The notes: generated by a model from the letters alone, not told the origin. 64,000 nt of DNA from Bugula neritina (GCA_964035545.1 OZ037768.1:3008741-3072740), one strand, 5' to 3'; counted from the stretch's first letter, positions 38,839-58,859 are shown. A program made the numbers and translations.

Positions 38839-39990
<1,152 letters not shown>

Positions 39991-40335
39991 ACTGTCAAAT
40001 TACACAAGATGAAGAATTTAGCATACATGTATTATAGGGTACTCAAGTACAAAAGATATAGAAAAATATTAATAAATTTGGTAATTATCATTTAACCTCA
40101 CATGTAATATAGATGCAATATAAATTTCTAATCTGTATTCAACAATATACTAATAATATTAAAAGAGAGTAGCTGTCCACTTTTAGATATCTGTATGGTA
40201 AACAAGCTAGTGACCAATAGGTACAAGATTATATAAATTATAATATAGGCTAAAAGCGACACACAAAGGTACTGAACAGATAACTCCTAATTTGTATAAA
40301 CTTTTAAATTCAATTATTGATTTTAAAAATTAGCT

Positions 40336-40573
<238 letters not shown>

Positions 40574-40601
40574 AGTTGATTTCTGACTATTAGTACAATT
40601 G

Positions 40602-41231
40602 CTAAATAATGTTATATATGCTACTGGTTATAGAAGAGATGCATAACTGGTTATAGAAGAGATGCATATCATCATCCTCAAATCCTTGTGACAACATAAT
40701 TATCTCATCAGGTGCTGCCGTAGCTGCTGCCGGTGGAGACTGAGCTCTACACAATGCAGTCTGCCTAAAACAGACAACGTAGTGTATTATGTTTTGATCT
40801 CCAGTATTTATTCTGGTTGTGATTTCTAGAAGGGTGATGGAAATATCTCCACAGTCTGTTTGAATGTTATTTATTCATTACGAGTATAGAGTGACATACC
40901 ATGCATTTACAATTATATACCTACTATATATAATATATGTATTGTAGGCTTGTGTTGCATTTGATATAAAAATATGTAGCCTATTAACTTGGAAAGATAC
41001 TATAAATTTTTAATAACTTGAAAACAATGCCCTAATAACTTATGACAGTTTCTAGCGTTTTTTTTTAAGTAATATAATTACTATAGTGTTATATTTATTA
41101 CCACTCAGTTACACAGGGCAAAGGTTTTTAAGCATGTTAAGGACTGTTTCTTTCACCATGTTTTCAGTAAATTAGCATGGAACTTTGCTAATATGAAAAA
41201 CAGTGAGGCGTCCTTAAACTTTTTCACAGCA

Positions 41232-41290
<59 letters not shown>

Positions 41291-44132
41291 ACTGTAATAG
41301 GCTACCTGTAAAATCTGCTAAAGAAGAAGTAGCTCAACCCTCTGAGGGCAACATTCACTTCCAAGCCATATCTTGCTAATTCATACACAGTCAATTCTCC
41401 AGAAAATTTCCAAAGTGCTTCTGCCGCTACACTGCAATGATGAGATTTTGTATATTTTATGGGAGTTTAGTTCAACAACAATGTAATTTGTCTGATACTT
41501 GGCTGTGCAACACATGAGTCTATGTTCTATAATGGTTAAAAATTCACTCATTATTGTATCTCACATGCTCATATAATAAAGTATCTGTAAGCCATTATTC
41601 TCTCGCATATAACAGGCTCACAAAACACTCTCATCTGTCTATAATGTGCTCTTATATATGCTCACTATTCATCCTCTTGGGTCTATTATTTGGTCTCGTA
41701 CTGTTATTATTCATTCCATACTCTCTTATAATTATGCTCGTTTTTTCAGTCCCATACCTCCATTATGTACTCTCACATTCCTATTGTTTGCTCTGTTACA
41801 GTCATTATTCATTCTCTTATGCTTGTTATTCTCTCTTATACCTTTATTCCAGTACTTGCTCTTGCGCCTGCTTCATTAACTACGATACAGCTGAGAGTAG
41901 GGAGTGTTGTATATGAAAAGAGTGTCTTATTACATCTGAGTTGGTATCCATTTAGACTTTAAGAATGCTCAAGAGGGCAAAAGCGCAGTTTGATGAGAAA
42001 GTAAAGAAACTATTTTTTTATTTTCTGACTAATAACGTCTGATGGTGATTAACATTAGTATGGTATAGAATAATTATATAGTGGTTTTTTTTAAATGGTA
42101 TATAGTTTGTTTGAATTTTGGGTTTGTAAAAAATTCTGCCTTCATCCGGATTTGAACTGCAGATCCCCAACTTGCAAGCTAACGAGGGCCTACAGAGAAA
42201 TCTTTACACTGCAATTTCATTTTGTTTTTTACTCTATTTTACTATAGCCCTTTGCTTTTAAATATTAGAATTAAAAAAGAGGCTTATTGGTAGATTATAC
42301 TATTTTTTCTGAGGTAATAACGTGGGGCTTTAGTATATAATTATTATTCCTGAAAATGTAACATATCTCTTTTAGCTCTAACATAAGTGGTTTGCCCTTA
42401 AATTTTTTTATAGTAACACAATTAATGTAGAATGTTAACTGTAGGAACTGTCTTGAGATCAAAAAGTTATGTATATGCAAGACACTTACGGATACATTTT
42501 GAAAAAAAATCCTCCAAATATAGCTCCACCCACCATCGGCCTAACCTTATCAGGTGTTTCCTCTGAGGAGCCCAGACTGGCAATGCATAGAAGAAACAGT
42601 AGTAGGAAATTCAGTCCATAGAATATATAAATTGTAACAATCTATAAAATAAATATTAGAACTTGTAAAGAATAAATACAACTAACTAATTTCTGAAGGT
42701 CAAAACTATAGCAGAGGTCTTTAGCATGATCATTTGTTTGACTATGAGAAAATAAATCACATTCGAAACTCAAGCATCCATTTTAAAACTATAACACCAA
42801 GCGAAGCAAAAAATTACATCTTTGAACATAGCAAAAAATATGGTTGGAGCATTGAAGTGTTTAATTTTTGGTTCCAGTTAGTTGCTACTTGTAAATCTCA
42901 AGGTCAACAGGTTATCAGAGCTTTGAAAACTTTTTTTCACAGTACAGTAACTTTTCATTGCAGTGAGAAATTACTATACTGTGAAAAAAAATTTTTAAAG
43001 CTTTTTGTGAAACCAAGAAGTCACTTTTGATTTATGAACAGTAAGCTACATCTGAGGGTATAGACACATGAAACTTTATACAAGTATTTATATGTTCGCA
43101 GGAAAGCACACAAAGCTTCTTGAGGTGAGCATGGACAGCATTATATTGAAAATAGACCCAGGTTAGTACAGTATGGATATCTATGACAGAACTCACATTA
43201 TATGCTTTCCAGTATGCCAAGGTATCAATTGAGTCAATTACTGCATCTCCAGTAAAACCTGAGCTAGACATCTCGTGTCTGTCTTTCCAAGCTGTAAGTT
43301 GTGTTTCCAGCCATCCTGGCCAGCTCAGAATCACAGATGCAACCAGAGCTCCTATGAGAACAGCTGTGGCTCCTGTGAAGGAGAACCTACAGTAGCAGTT
43401 ACCCAGTTGAAATACTGATGTCTGCACAATTGAATACTTTTGTGTTTACAACAAAAGAAAAACCACTAACCACTAACCATAAAGGCAACTTTATGGTTGG
43501 TGGTCAAGCTGAAAAATAATATGCTAACAAGAGTATTTTTTAAAAGATTAAACTCAATCTCTCAGTTATAAGTTAGATAGCTGCATGATGTAGAAAAGCC
43601 GCTGTAGACCTTGAAAAGGTTTATGTAGCTATGTCTTTACAGCACAAGAACACCAACTAACCCCTCACCTATATCCAGATTGTGTCACTGCGTGTATAAG
43701 ATAAAGAATGGCTGCTCCAAGTATGACAAAGTCAGAAGCTGTTGACAGGAACATGGCAAAATGTGGTGCTAAGTTGATGAGCAAGTATTGGAAGTTAGAG
43801 TCGTAGAGGAGAGGATCAGAGGAAATTGGCAGTGGAGATCCCTTCCTGGCAAACACAGTAAGATAGTATATGCTCCATAAAATGTTCGTTCCAAGGTCAA
43901 ATACTCCAACTGCTAGAAACAGTCCATATGCATTCTTAGGGCATTCATTTCTTCTTAGCAGTAGAATGAGTACAGTTACATTCAGCAAGTTCAACACTAC
44001 TCCAATGACATTGAAACCAGCATGTGCCAGATTAAAGTTTCTGATTATCTCAACGCTGTCATCAGCAGTGTAATTGGATGCATTGTAGTCATCAGTATTC
44101 ATCAACAGATCAGAAAGAGCAGGAAATGCCAT
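40602..44132 (-). CDS. Orphan class A-like 7TM receptor, copy 2, ~364 aa, divergent TM6/TM7 and replaced C-terminus
   Basis: Exons 44132-43669, 43386-43197, 42641-42490, 41431-41306, 40764-40602. The exon 5 donor is lost and the frame reads through to TAG; the terminal exon found in the other copies is deleted. Confidence 0.72.
41176..41286 (-). mobile_element. Tc1/mariner-like terminal fragment abutting a (TA)n tract
   Basis: The minus strand reads TA-CAGTGCTGTGAAAAAGTTTAAGGACGCC, resembling Tc1 TIR starts; (TA)n 41235-41286 sits at the TA target position; absent from copy 4. Confidence 0.5.
41555..41889. mobile_element. Possible solo-LTR-like insertion
   Basis: Bounded by TGTATC...GATACA inverted ends and not present in paralogous introns; no clean target-site duplication. 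Confidence 0.35.
42137..42182 (-). mobile_element. tRNA-derived SINE-like fragment
   Basis: The minus strand has a B-box-like GCAGTTCAAATCCGG in a short GC-richer island; not a complete tRNA. Confidence 0.3.
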
Positions 44133-44578
44133 GACTCTGGTGGGCTGTTCATTCACCTAAAACAGAACTGAGTTGATTAGTTGAAGTTGCTTGACTTAGC
44201 TAACTTGAGTCTGACTTCAGTTACTCTTTTCTCAAATCATAATCTTTACTCAACTTGCTCAACTAATGCTAATTTACTTCAAACATTATTGGTCAATAAT
44301 CATAAGTATACCTACATAGCCTATTACTACTCTAAGGTTCCAAACATAGACTGGAGCAGAATGAATTCTCTTATAAGGTGTTAGATGCAAAGAAAAGCAA
44401 AGATTTCTTGTGATCAAATTTTTTCTAAAAGAAAAAAAATTTCCAACTATTCAAACTTTCAATTTTACCAACCATAAAAGCAATCCTGTTGCTGCATGTA
44501 AACAAGTACTGCAAACACTGTGTTTCCTAACCTATATTTTCATTTATTGGAAGGATTTTGTTCCTATATGCTTTGTAT

Positions 44579-44888
44579 TGTGGTGGCTCGTGGAGCTACC
44601 AGCAGCACAATACGCAGGGTCACGTATTTAACCCGGAACAATGGACAGCCAATTAGCGGCTTTTATAGTTAGTAGCAGTAGTTAGTTTTCCACTGTTATA
44701 GTCAGTCGAAGTTAGAGTGTTGAATAATCTAGATGTGTAGAATTATTGAATGTATTTGTATAGTTTTTGTAATGTGTTCTTGTGCCTAAAATATATACTC
44801 GTTCACTTGACTTATCCTGGTGAAGTTCTCTAGCAAGTAAATAGACTCTCTGGATTGCATATCAACCCAAATACTGAAAAACATAACA
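44579..44888. mobile_element. Solo-LTR-like insertion, 310 bp
   Basis: TGT...ACA termini, 4-bp TSD GTAT (44575-44578 and 44889-44892); empty site in copy 3 near 51450. Confidence 0.75.
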
Positions 44889-45821
44889 GTATTTTATGCA
44901 AACTACCATTGTGGTTTCATTTTATTGACACTCACTACATCATCATGTTTTGCATTATGCAATGAATTTTTCATTCCATGCATAGAGAGAGTTCATCATA
45001 AGCTCATGCAAACTATAATCATGCACAATCACAAAGGGGCATTCATTTGAATATATAATTCGAGGTAAAAGAAATGCAGTAAATATGAGCTCTGAATCGT
45101 GTATAATTCACTACTGTTATGTCCACGGTAGCAGCACTACCTCTGGCAGCGTGTAACCTGCTGCTGTAATTGAAGGAGCAAATGAAATACCTGTTACTGC
45201 ACCTTAACACAGCAGCCAAATGTTTTATAAAAGAGTGTAAGAGGTATTATAGATATTATAATATGCATTAAATAAAATATACAACTTCCTTAAGAGAAAT
45301 GGGAATTATATACAGTATATGCTATAATACTCACCAATTTCTGTTGAGCTTCAGTAGCTAGTAAACTAACAACTGTATATATTAACTCCACCACAGGTTC
45401 TCGAGTTAGTTTAGATTTGTACAAGTCAACTCAAGTTCTTTAGTTCAACTCTACAGGAATGACTTGAAATCTCCAATTGCTGAGTATTACCATTAACTGT
45501 AACGGTGCTTTAATACTCACAAATTTATCAAATGTTGCACTACTAGTATTACCAAGAGAGTAAATAATACACCACTCTATTCACTATTGCGTAAGAATGT
45601 GCATATCACATGTTGTTTGTGCCTTATAATATACATTGCAGTAAATCAATACAGGCAAACAAAAGGTTAAATGAAACCCAAATAATCGATTATACAAAAT
45701 GCATAGTTTTTGTTGTTATTCATTATATAAGTTATGAAATCTTTTGTTGTGCACCTGGGTTGATGTAAGAAGAAACATATGCACTAGAAGTGTACGTAGT
45801 ATGAGAAGTGTGAGCAGGAAG

Positions 45822-45826
<5 letters not shown>

Positions 45827-45878
<52 letters not shown>
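45827..45878. repeat. (TA)n microsatellite at the copy 2 / copy 3 junction
   Basis: Directly visible. Confidence 0.95.
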
Positions 45879-45881
<3 letters not shown>

Positions 45882-46337
45882 CCTAAACTTGATTGCCAGT
45901 GGTTCAAGGCCTAAGATGGCTGCCAATTATGACAAAATACATTAAATGAATAATTTTGCATATTTTTATTATGATAAAATAACGTAATCAAGAGCAAAAA
46001 TATATTTAATAAAAAATGTTTCATTTTGTTGAATGTCATTAAGCCTCACATGTAATAATATGAGGGCAAGTAAGTTGTAAGTGTTATATGCCTGCATGAT
46101 CAATCAGGTAAGGACCAATAGGTACAAGATAACATGTTATACAAATTAACAAAATATTATTAATGCAAGGTACACAAGCACTGAATAGAAACCTTCTAAT
46201 ATGTATATATACTTTTAGAACAGCATATTATAATATATGATAGCATATAATGTAATAATATTCTCAGTAGCCCACAACTTCATGACCAGTCAACAGCAAA
46301 TAATGTCGAGTTCTTACTTCACAGATAGACTGCTTCT

Positions 46338-49300
46338 CTATATAGCTGTGTCAGCTACAAACAGTATACAAACTAAGCTATACACCATACTGTGTCTTAT
46401 TTGATTCAAAATTCAGTTACAGATTTTAAAGTTACTTTGTTAACAGAAAGGGACTGTATCACCAAAACCTTATGATAGAATGAGTATAGTCAAGTAGCAA
46501 CTATTATTATTAGCAAGAAACATCTCATGTCATACCTATGCTCATATACCGAATACAAAAATGCACATAACCGCACAATGTCATATTAGGAATATATAGA
46601 ACGAATATATACCTTGATTTTGAGGTGCTGTCGTAGTTGCTGCCGGTACAGGCTGAGCTTTACGCAAAGCAGTCTGCCTAAAACAGTCAACTGTAGTGTA
46701 TTATGTTTTGATTTTCTGTTTGAATGTTATTTATTTATGAGTATACAGTGACATATTATACTATTTACGCCTATATATTTTATAATGTTTATATTATAGG
46801 CTTGTATTGTATTTAATTTGAGGAGTTGTAATCTAAAAGCTTGCAATAATTTTCTAAACTTGGTAAGTAAACTTCCAAATAGTATCCTACTAACTTGCAG
46901 TATCATGAATAACAAAAAATATAGTTTCTAGCATAATATTTAAGTAATATAATTACTATAAGTGTTATATGTCTACCAACACTGTAAGATCATTTTTACA
47001 CAAACTCCTCTCGCAGTTTCAAGTCCAGATGAGAACCTTTGATGACAGGGCTTTAAGCATAACGCCTTAGGCTGTGAGCCTGTGACTTTTGTCAAGGTTT
47101 GAGGGGTTGACTGAAGCACAGAAGCAATTATCATAATCTTGCTGACATCTCTATTGGCAGTAATTTTACTAAGTGGAAAAACTTATAGTGGGACCACCTA
47201 AGAAGTTTCCAGACTAAAATTAATGGTAAGACAACTGTAATAGGTTACCTGTATAAACTGTTGAATGAGAAGTAAATAAGTCCTCTGAAGGAGTGCATTA
47301 GTACTAGACCGTATCTAGCTATGTCATAAGCAGTAATTAGAGTTGCTTCGGGGAAAGAAACCCAATGCGAGATTACTCGCATCAATATGCTGCAATGGAA
47401 CAGACAGACTATTGAGGTTTAATTGAACAACAATATAATTCACTTACATGGATCTACATTGTATAAACTATAATACATGAATTCAGTTAGTAGTTCAATC
47501 TAATGTGGGTATACCTCATTTATCTGTAATCAGAAATAGTTCTAATTTCATTGGATATAAGCCAAGAATCTAGATCATAATTTTGACAATCATCAGGTTA
47601 TTTGAGCTAAATAACAGCAGAGACTATTGAGTGGCATGCATGACAAGAGTTTCTTATTACAGTAGATCTGAATTGAATTTATTTTAGCATACTCAAGGAT
47701 GCAAATACATAACTTGACTAAAAGATTTTCTTGGGTAACATTTTTGCTTTTTTGAGATGAATGGTGAAAGATTGACATCAGTACGGTATAAAATTTGTAT
47801 AGTTGTTCTGTTTTTAAACAATTATATATAGTATATTAATTAGATGGGCTTTTGGTCTATTTTACCATGACCCTATGCAGTATGTTAGTTTGCTGTGTAC
47901 TAGGCTATTATTATATATAACAAAATTAAAAGTTTGAAACATTATCGAGTGAAAGTTGATATGTTTGGTATATAAATTAAGATTATACTACTCACATCTT
48001 CTGAGCTGATTACAAAAGTTTTCAATGTGGTCTGATCAGTTTTGTTTTCTTTTTACAGTTAATCTTAAAAACTTAATAAACCCCTTACAGCTCTGGGATA
48101 ACCTACATACTATGTATATTGGCTTGCTTTTCGAAAGGTTTTCATATGATCGTTTTATCAAGCAAGTTTATGTAGAATGGTCTCGAAAACTGTTTTGGAA
48201 CCATAAAAATATGTATGAGAAACTTACTAAGGAGTCTCACAAATCAGCTTCCAAACTAACACTGCAGTCAGCATCACCACAACCTTACGACACTCTTCCT
48301 TTAAGGAATACCGTCTGGTAGCACATGTTAGAAGAATAATCAGTAGGAATGTCAGCCCGTAGGGTATATAAACTGTAATAATCTATAAAATAAAGATTGT
48401 AAAGAATAAATAAAGCCCATTTTACTTGTTAGAATCACAGATTTTTTGAAAGTACATCTTATAAAAAGAACATGTTTATATAACAGAGGCTTTCGCATTT
48501 AAAGTTATGTGATTATAGAAAAGCAATCACATTTGGAGCTTTATAAGCATCAATTCAAAAACTATAAATCAAAGCTAACCAAAATGTCCATAATATTTCT
48601 AAGCTAAACAAAAAACATCCTACTGCTTTAACAGCATAAGCGGTTAAATTTTAGTTTCAGTTATGTCCAACTAGAAATCTTAAGGTCATCATATAACCAT
48701 TGTATGCTCTTTGTGATGGTGGTTCTTAATTTGTTTTTCTGAATAAAACTAAGTCACCAAATGTTGAAAGTTTTGCCTAAATACTTGTTAGCTTTAAAAA
48801 TGTTGACTCTAAGGTTCTTTCACTAAATGCTTTAGAAAAAAACAACCATTTCTTTTCAGAGTTATATAGCAACTTCATACTGAGGGTCGTATAAGAGTAC
48901 GTATAGAGGCTTCACTGTACTCAAGTTCTAAAACTATTTACAGCCTCCACAAAAAGCTATTGCACACACTTGGCTAATTTGGAACGAGTAAGTAAAAATG
49001 GCACATTTTCAGTATTGTAGGAGGTTGTGGGTTATAGAATGAAATCAGGCAGAGAACATAACTCCTTGTTATAGAAGAGACAAGAGCGAGTGTTGCATTT
49101 GTTTGTGTACAGTATCCTTTATTGTAGATGAGATGTATCCAGTCTGGGCTCCAGTCTTCAAGTGACTGAAGCTCGAAAATGCGTGTTCTTTTATACTAAT
49201 GGAACAAAGGACTTCTAGAACCTTCCACCGACAGCGGCCCGACATTCGGCAGGAAATGCCGACATTCGTCATGCCGGTAATCGACACTGATCATGTCGGT

Positions 49301-51039
49301 AATCGACAGACCCAATGTCGGCATTCACCTGCCGAACTCACTTCGATTGTGGGTTTACATGAATCAAGAAAAATGAACCCAATTGTAACTTGGGGGAAAG
49401 GGATCAACTATTTACTATGCTAAAAGCTTAACAATAGCCATAGTATTTAAGGTATTAGAAAGTTACGCCACAAACTTAGCTATATAACTACAGTATTTAG
49501 AAAAATAGCCATAAGTAATGTGTCAAGGGGGATAACTCTTGCTATTTATCACAGTATTACGATCTGCGGAGGGAAGTTGGGGTTTTGGGGTTCAAGTTCA
49601 TGGTGGAAGTTTAAGTTTGGGGGATAGAATTTGAGTTTGGGGTAGGGGGTTTGAGTTTGAAATGGGGGTTTGGCTTTTGGTGGTTTGAATTTGGGGTTTA
49701 GTAAACTTTTAACATCCATAAATAATATTTGCAAACTTTTTGAAAGTAAAAGTTATAGCAGAAGCTTTTTAGATGAGAAATTGTTTGACTAGGAGAAAAA
49801 GCAAACCTACTTTAAAAAGGTCCTTACCTTTGCATAGATTAAAAGGTATACAGCTATAAAATATTACAAAATGTTAACTCTTGTTCTAATTAGTTGTGAC
49901 TAGTAGATCTTAAAGTCATCATATTACAACCATCATATGCTCATCATGGAACTCTAAATAAACTTTTCCATCTAAATAATTACATTTTTGTGTAAAATCA
50001 AGCAAAGCTTGCTGTGGTTGGCATGCAATGCTTCATGCAGAAATATATTTTCTAACACATTTTTAATATTTTGTCAACTGGAATATAAAGCTGAATATTC
50101 ATTTAGGATGTTTTGGCCATGACTCACATTATAGGCTCTCCAGTATGCAAAACCATTAAAGGAGCTGATTACTTTGTCTTCAGTAAAATTTGGATTAGTC
50201 ATATCGTTTCTGTCTTTCCAAGCTTTGAGTTGTGTTTCCAGCCATCCTGGCCAGCTCAGAAACACAGAAACAACCAGAACTCCTGCTATCACGGCTATGA
50301 CTTCTGGGAAGGAGATCCTACAGAAGGAATTAAATCCTATGCTCCTTTTTTTATAAAAGATTTGAGTTTTCTGTTTGGAGATAAAATTAAAAGCAGAATA
50401 TTTATTTAAAAGGTTAAATATTATACTTTTCAGTTTTAAGTTAGAGCTACATGATATAGAGAAGCTACTATAGACCCTACAAAGGTTCATATAGTCCACA
50501 CAAGTGTGACCATGCAGTCTTGTATATACAACATAAGAGTACTAACTAACAACTCACCATGATTTAGATCGCTTCACTATCATGTGTATAAGAGAAAGAA
50601 CTGCCATTGCTAAAATGACAAACTCAGAATCTGTTAAAAAAAAATTGAGAGAATGTAGTGCTAAGCTGATGAGCATGTATTGGAAGTAAGAGTCGAAGAG
50701 GAGAGGATCAAAGGAAAGTGGCAGTGGAGATTCCTTCCTGGCATAAACAGTAAACAAGCATATGCTCCATGAAATGTTTATGCTAAGGTCAATGACTCCA
50801 ACGGCTAGAAACAGTCCATAGACATTCTTAGTGCATTCATTTCTTCTTACCATCAGAATGAGTACAATGACATTCAGTAAGTTTAACACTGCTCCAACGA
50901 CATTAAGGCCAGCATGTCCAAGATTGAGGGCTATGTTTAGCTTGTCTGGGGTAAAGGAAGAAGGATTTGTGGTGTAATTGTATGCGTTGTAGGCATCAGT
51001 AGATATCAGGTTATAATCAGATGTAGCAGGAAATGCCAT
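46338..51039 (-). CDS. Orphan class A-like 7TM receptor, copy 3, ~349 aa
   Basis: Exons 51039-50558, 50317-50128, 48382-48228, 47389-47249, 46677-46613, 46354-46338; in frame; ends DTAI*. Confidence 0.8.
49016..49553 (-). mobile_element. Solo-LTR-like insertion, 538 bp, nested in the foldback element
   Basis: TGT...ACA termini, TSD GTAT (49012-49015 and 49554-49557), AATAAA on the minus strand at 49118-49123; empty site in copy 1 near 37003. Confidence 0.75.
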
Positions 51040-52521
51040 GACTCTGGTGGGCTGTTCATTCACCTAAAAGCAGAACTGAGTTGATTAGTTGAAGTTGCTT
51101 GACTTAGCTGACTTGAGTCTGACTTCAGTTACTCTTTTCTCAGATTATAAACTTTACTCAACTATTGCTAATGGACTTAAAATGTTATTGAATTAATAAT
51201 CATAGGACACAGCCTATTACTACGTTTCCATGCAAGCATGGACTGGAGTAGAATGAATTCTATTAAGTGTTAGATGCAATGAAAAGCAACACGTTTCTTG
51301 TGATCAACTTTTTCCTAAAATGAAATAATTTCCAACTATATTCGACCCTTTAATTTTACCAACCATAGAGGTAATCCTACTTTGGTACTGCAAACATTGA
51401 GCCCGTCCTAGCATACATTTTCATTTATTCGAATGCCCTTCTTTCTATGCTTTGCATTATATCAAAATAACCATTGTCTTTGGTTGATGGACACTCACTA
51501 CATCATCGTGCATTATGCAATGGATTTTTCATTTCATGCATACAGAGAGTTCATCATCTTAAGCTCATGCAAACTGCAACCCCAAATTCTTTCTTATATA
51601 GGAGCATCCATTTGCATAATGTGAAGTAAAGGAAATGCAGTGAATATGATATGGTGTGCTAAATGGTCAAAAATTCACTTATTAATGCATATCATATGCT
51701 GATAATACAGTATCTAGCCATCATTCTCTCTCATATGCACTATTTAGCACTCCGTATATATAAGCTCTAACTCGTGTATAATTCACTACTGTTATGTCCA
51801 CGGCAGCAGCACTACCTCTGGCAGCGTGTAATCTGCTGCTGTATTTGAATGAGCAAATAGCACTTAGTTATCAGCTTTCTATTAGAAATACCTGTTACTG
51901 CACCTTAACACAGCAGTCAGATGTTAATAAAAGGTTGTAAGAATTATAAATATTATTATATGCATTAGATAGGACTTACATCTTCCTTAAGAGAAATGTA
52001 AATTACGGAATATGCTACACTCACCAATTTCTGTTGAACTTTAGTTAATATTCAACTAACAACTGTATATATTAACTCCAGCACAGGTTCTAGAGTCAAT
52101 TTAAGCTTATACAAGTCAACTCAAGTTCTGTAGTTCAACTCTGCCTGAATGACTTGCAATCCGAAATACTGAGTGATACCAGCTGTGACAGGACTTTAAT
52201 ACTCATGGATTTATCAAATGTTTCACTGCTAGTATTACCAAGAGAGTAAATAATACACCACTCTATTCACTATTGTGTAAGAATGTGCATATCAAATGTT
52301 GTTTGTACCTTATAATATACATTGCAGTAGATCAGTAACTCAATATGATCTGTATATAGAAAAGAAAAAGTGTTAAATGAAACCTAAATGTATTGTATAA
52401 AAATGTAATGTGCTTGTTATTCATTTCATATATTATAAAATCGTAGTTGTGCATCTGCATGGGTCTATGTAAGAGGAAACATAAGCACTTGAAGTGTATG
52501 TAATATGACATGTGGGAGCAG

Positions 52522-52851
<330 letters not shown>

Positions 52852-53340
52852 AGTCACTAAGCCTGACTGTCGATAGTTTAAAGCTTAGAATAGCTGCCAA
52901 ATTTGACAACAAATTACATAAGATGAATAATTTAACATACGTTTATTATAGGATATACTGAAATACAAAAGGTATAGAAAAAGCAATATTAATAAATTTG
53001 GCAATTATCATTTAATCTCACATGTAATAAATGCAATAAACTTCTAATCTGTATTCAACAATATACTAATAATATTAAAAGAGAGTAGCTGTCCACTTTT
53101 AGATATCTGTATGGTCAACAAGCTAGTGACCAATGGGTACAAGATTATATAAATTACAATATAGGCTAAAAGCGACACACAAAGGTACCGAACAGATAAC
53201 TTCTAATTTGTATAAACTTTTAGATTAGTACATAATATATGATAGCACATTGTAGTTATATAGTTAGTAGCCCAAAGCTACTTTATAAACGGTCCACTGC
53301 AAATAGTATAGAGTTCTTACTTCACAGATAGGCTGCTTCT

Positions 53341-56727
<3,387 letters not shown>

Positions 56728-58153
56728 GACTTTGGTGGGCTGTTCATTCACCTAAAAACAGAACTGAGTTGATTAGTTGAAGTTGCTTGACTCAGTTTAC
56801 TCAAATCCAACTTAAGTTACTCGGTGCTCAAACCAATTACTTGCTTAACTATTGCTAATTGACTTCAAAAATTTGGATTGACTTACTGCAAATCAAAGTT
56901 TCAAATGCTTAATTTTTTTTAGATTTTATAACAAACCACTCAGATTTTTTGTCCCTATGTTAGATCCTAGCGATTATCAAATACATTATTAAATCTTGGT
57001 GATTAAAGCCCTATCAACTCATACAGTGATTTAACCATCACCTATATAGCTATTCATAATTATGGAATATAAACATAAAATAAAATAGGATAGGTATACA
57101 GCAGTGAAATATACATATAAGTATAGTCACATCACGAAGTAAGAAAATTCAAAAGCAAAGCTTTTGGTTTAAAATAAAACATTAAAACATTTGAAGAGCT
57201 CGGCATTGCACTTGTAGCACTGATGAAATTTAATGCTTGTATAAAGTACTGCTATATGACCGATGACACTTTTCCGTCTTTAGAGGCTGCATTAGTTATA
57301 ACTGGAACTAATATTGATAAAATGTAATCTGCCAAGGTAACAAAGATGCTGCTTGTACTGCAGAATTTTACACTTGATTATGATTTGCAGTGTATTTTAC
57401 TAATCTGACAAGACACAATTACTTCCGGCATATGGTTATATGCAGCGCTGTTTACAATAACATTAAGGCACAATACACTGTAAATTATACTATAAATACC
57501 TGCAACAGCAGCCGAATGTTTTAGAAAATACAAAGAGTTAAAATATATGGATGTAATATCACTCCGATAAAATGTTGTAATAACAGTTGCATGCACTAGG
57601 GGAAACTTAAAACTTTCCTCAAAAGAAAGTGAATACGCTACACTCACCAATTTCTGTTAAACTGAAGTGTAGATATTCAACTAACAACTGAATGTATTAA
57701 CTCCACCACAGGTTCTCGAGTCAATTTAGATTTATTCAAGTCAAGTCAAGTTCTTTAATCCAACTTCACCTGAATGACTTGAAATCCGCAATGCTGAGTG
57801 TTAGCAGCTGTAACTAGTTAGTACTAACACAGCTGAAGTAGGTCGAATATCTAAGTGGATAATATCAATAGTTGCACTGCTATTATGTATTACCAGACCG
57901 GTTAAATAAGGCAATGCCCTATTGTGCAAGTATTTGCTTATTAGATGCATGTTTATATTTTACATTCATTGCATATCAATATGCCGTGTATAGAGAAAAG
58001 TTATGATAAAATTAAAATGTAATTAACAAAATATCTGTTACAAGTATGTGTAAATCTTTGTTATTTTTATGTTATAAAATGTTATAAAATATGTTTTAAG
58101 TTTGTTTGTTTAGCAAATGGGGGTATGTAAGAGTACTAGAGGTGCATGTAGAA

Positions 58154-58543
<390 letters not shown>

Positions 58544-58859
58544 ACGCAAAGAAATGAAAATTTCTAGAAATAATTACTATATATACAACTTGAAGACTCT
58601 CATGACCCTTCTGTTGAATCAGCCATGTGTGGACAATGTAAAAGTGTGAGACCTAAATCATAAATGGTTAGCATATACATAATACCGATACTTTGAAGAT
58701 TTGTTGGAAATGCTACATTATAAATAAAGTTATATGTGACTTCCAAACTGTCATTACTGCACCTACCTCTGTATGGAGTTATTGTGTATAGTGTTTATGG
58801 AGAGATGTGTGAGAGGGATGTGTGTGTAAGAGTCATCACTCCTGTGCCGTGAAATAATA

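Noticed and set aside
42137-42190. tRNA gene
   Set aside because: Only a B-box/T-arm-like piece; no full cloverleaf.
51040-51063. ORF-track starts 'MNEQPT' for the receptors (also 44156 and 56751)
   Set aside because: These are GTG codons right after a splice acceptor; in copy 4 the upstream exon has an in-frame stop, and copy 1 lacks the segment, so the downstream ATG is the likely start.
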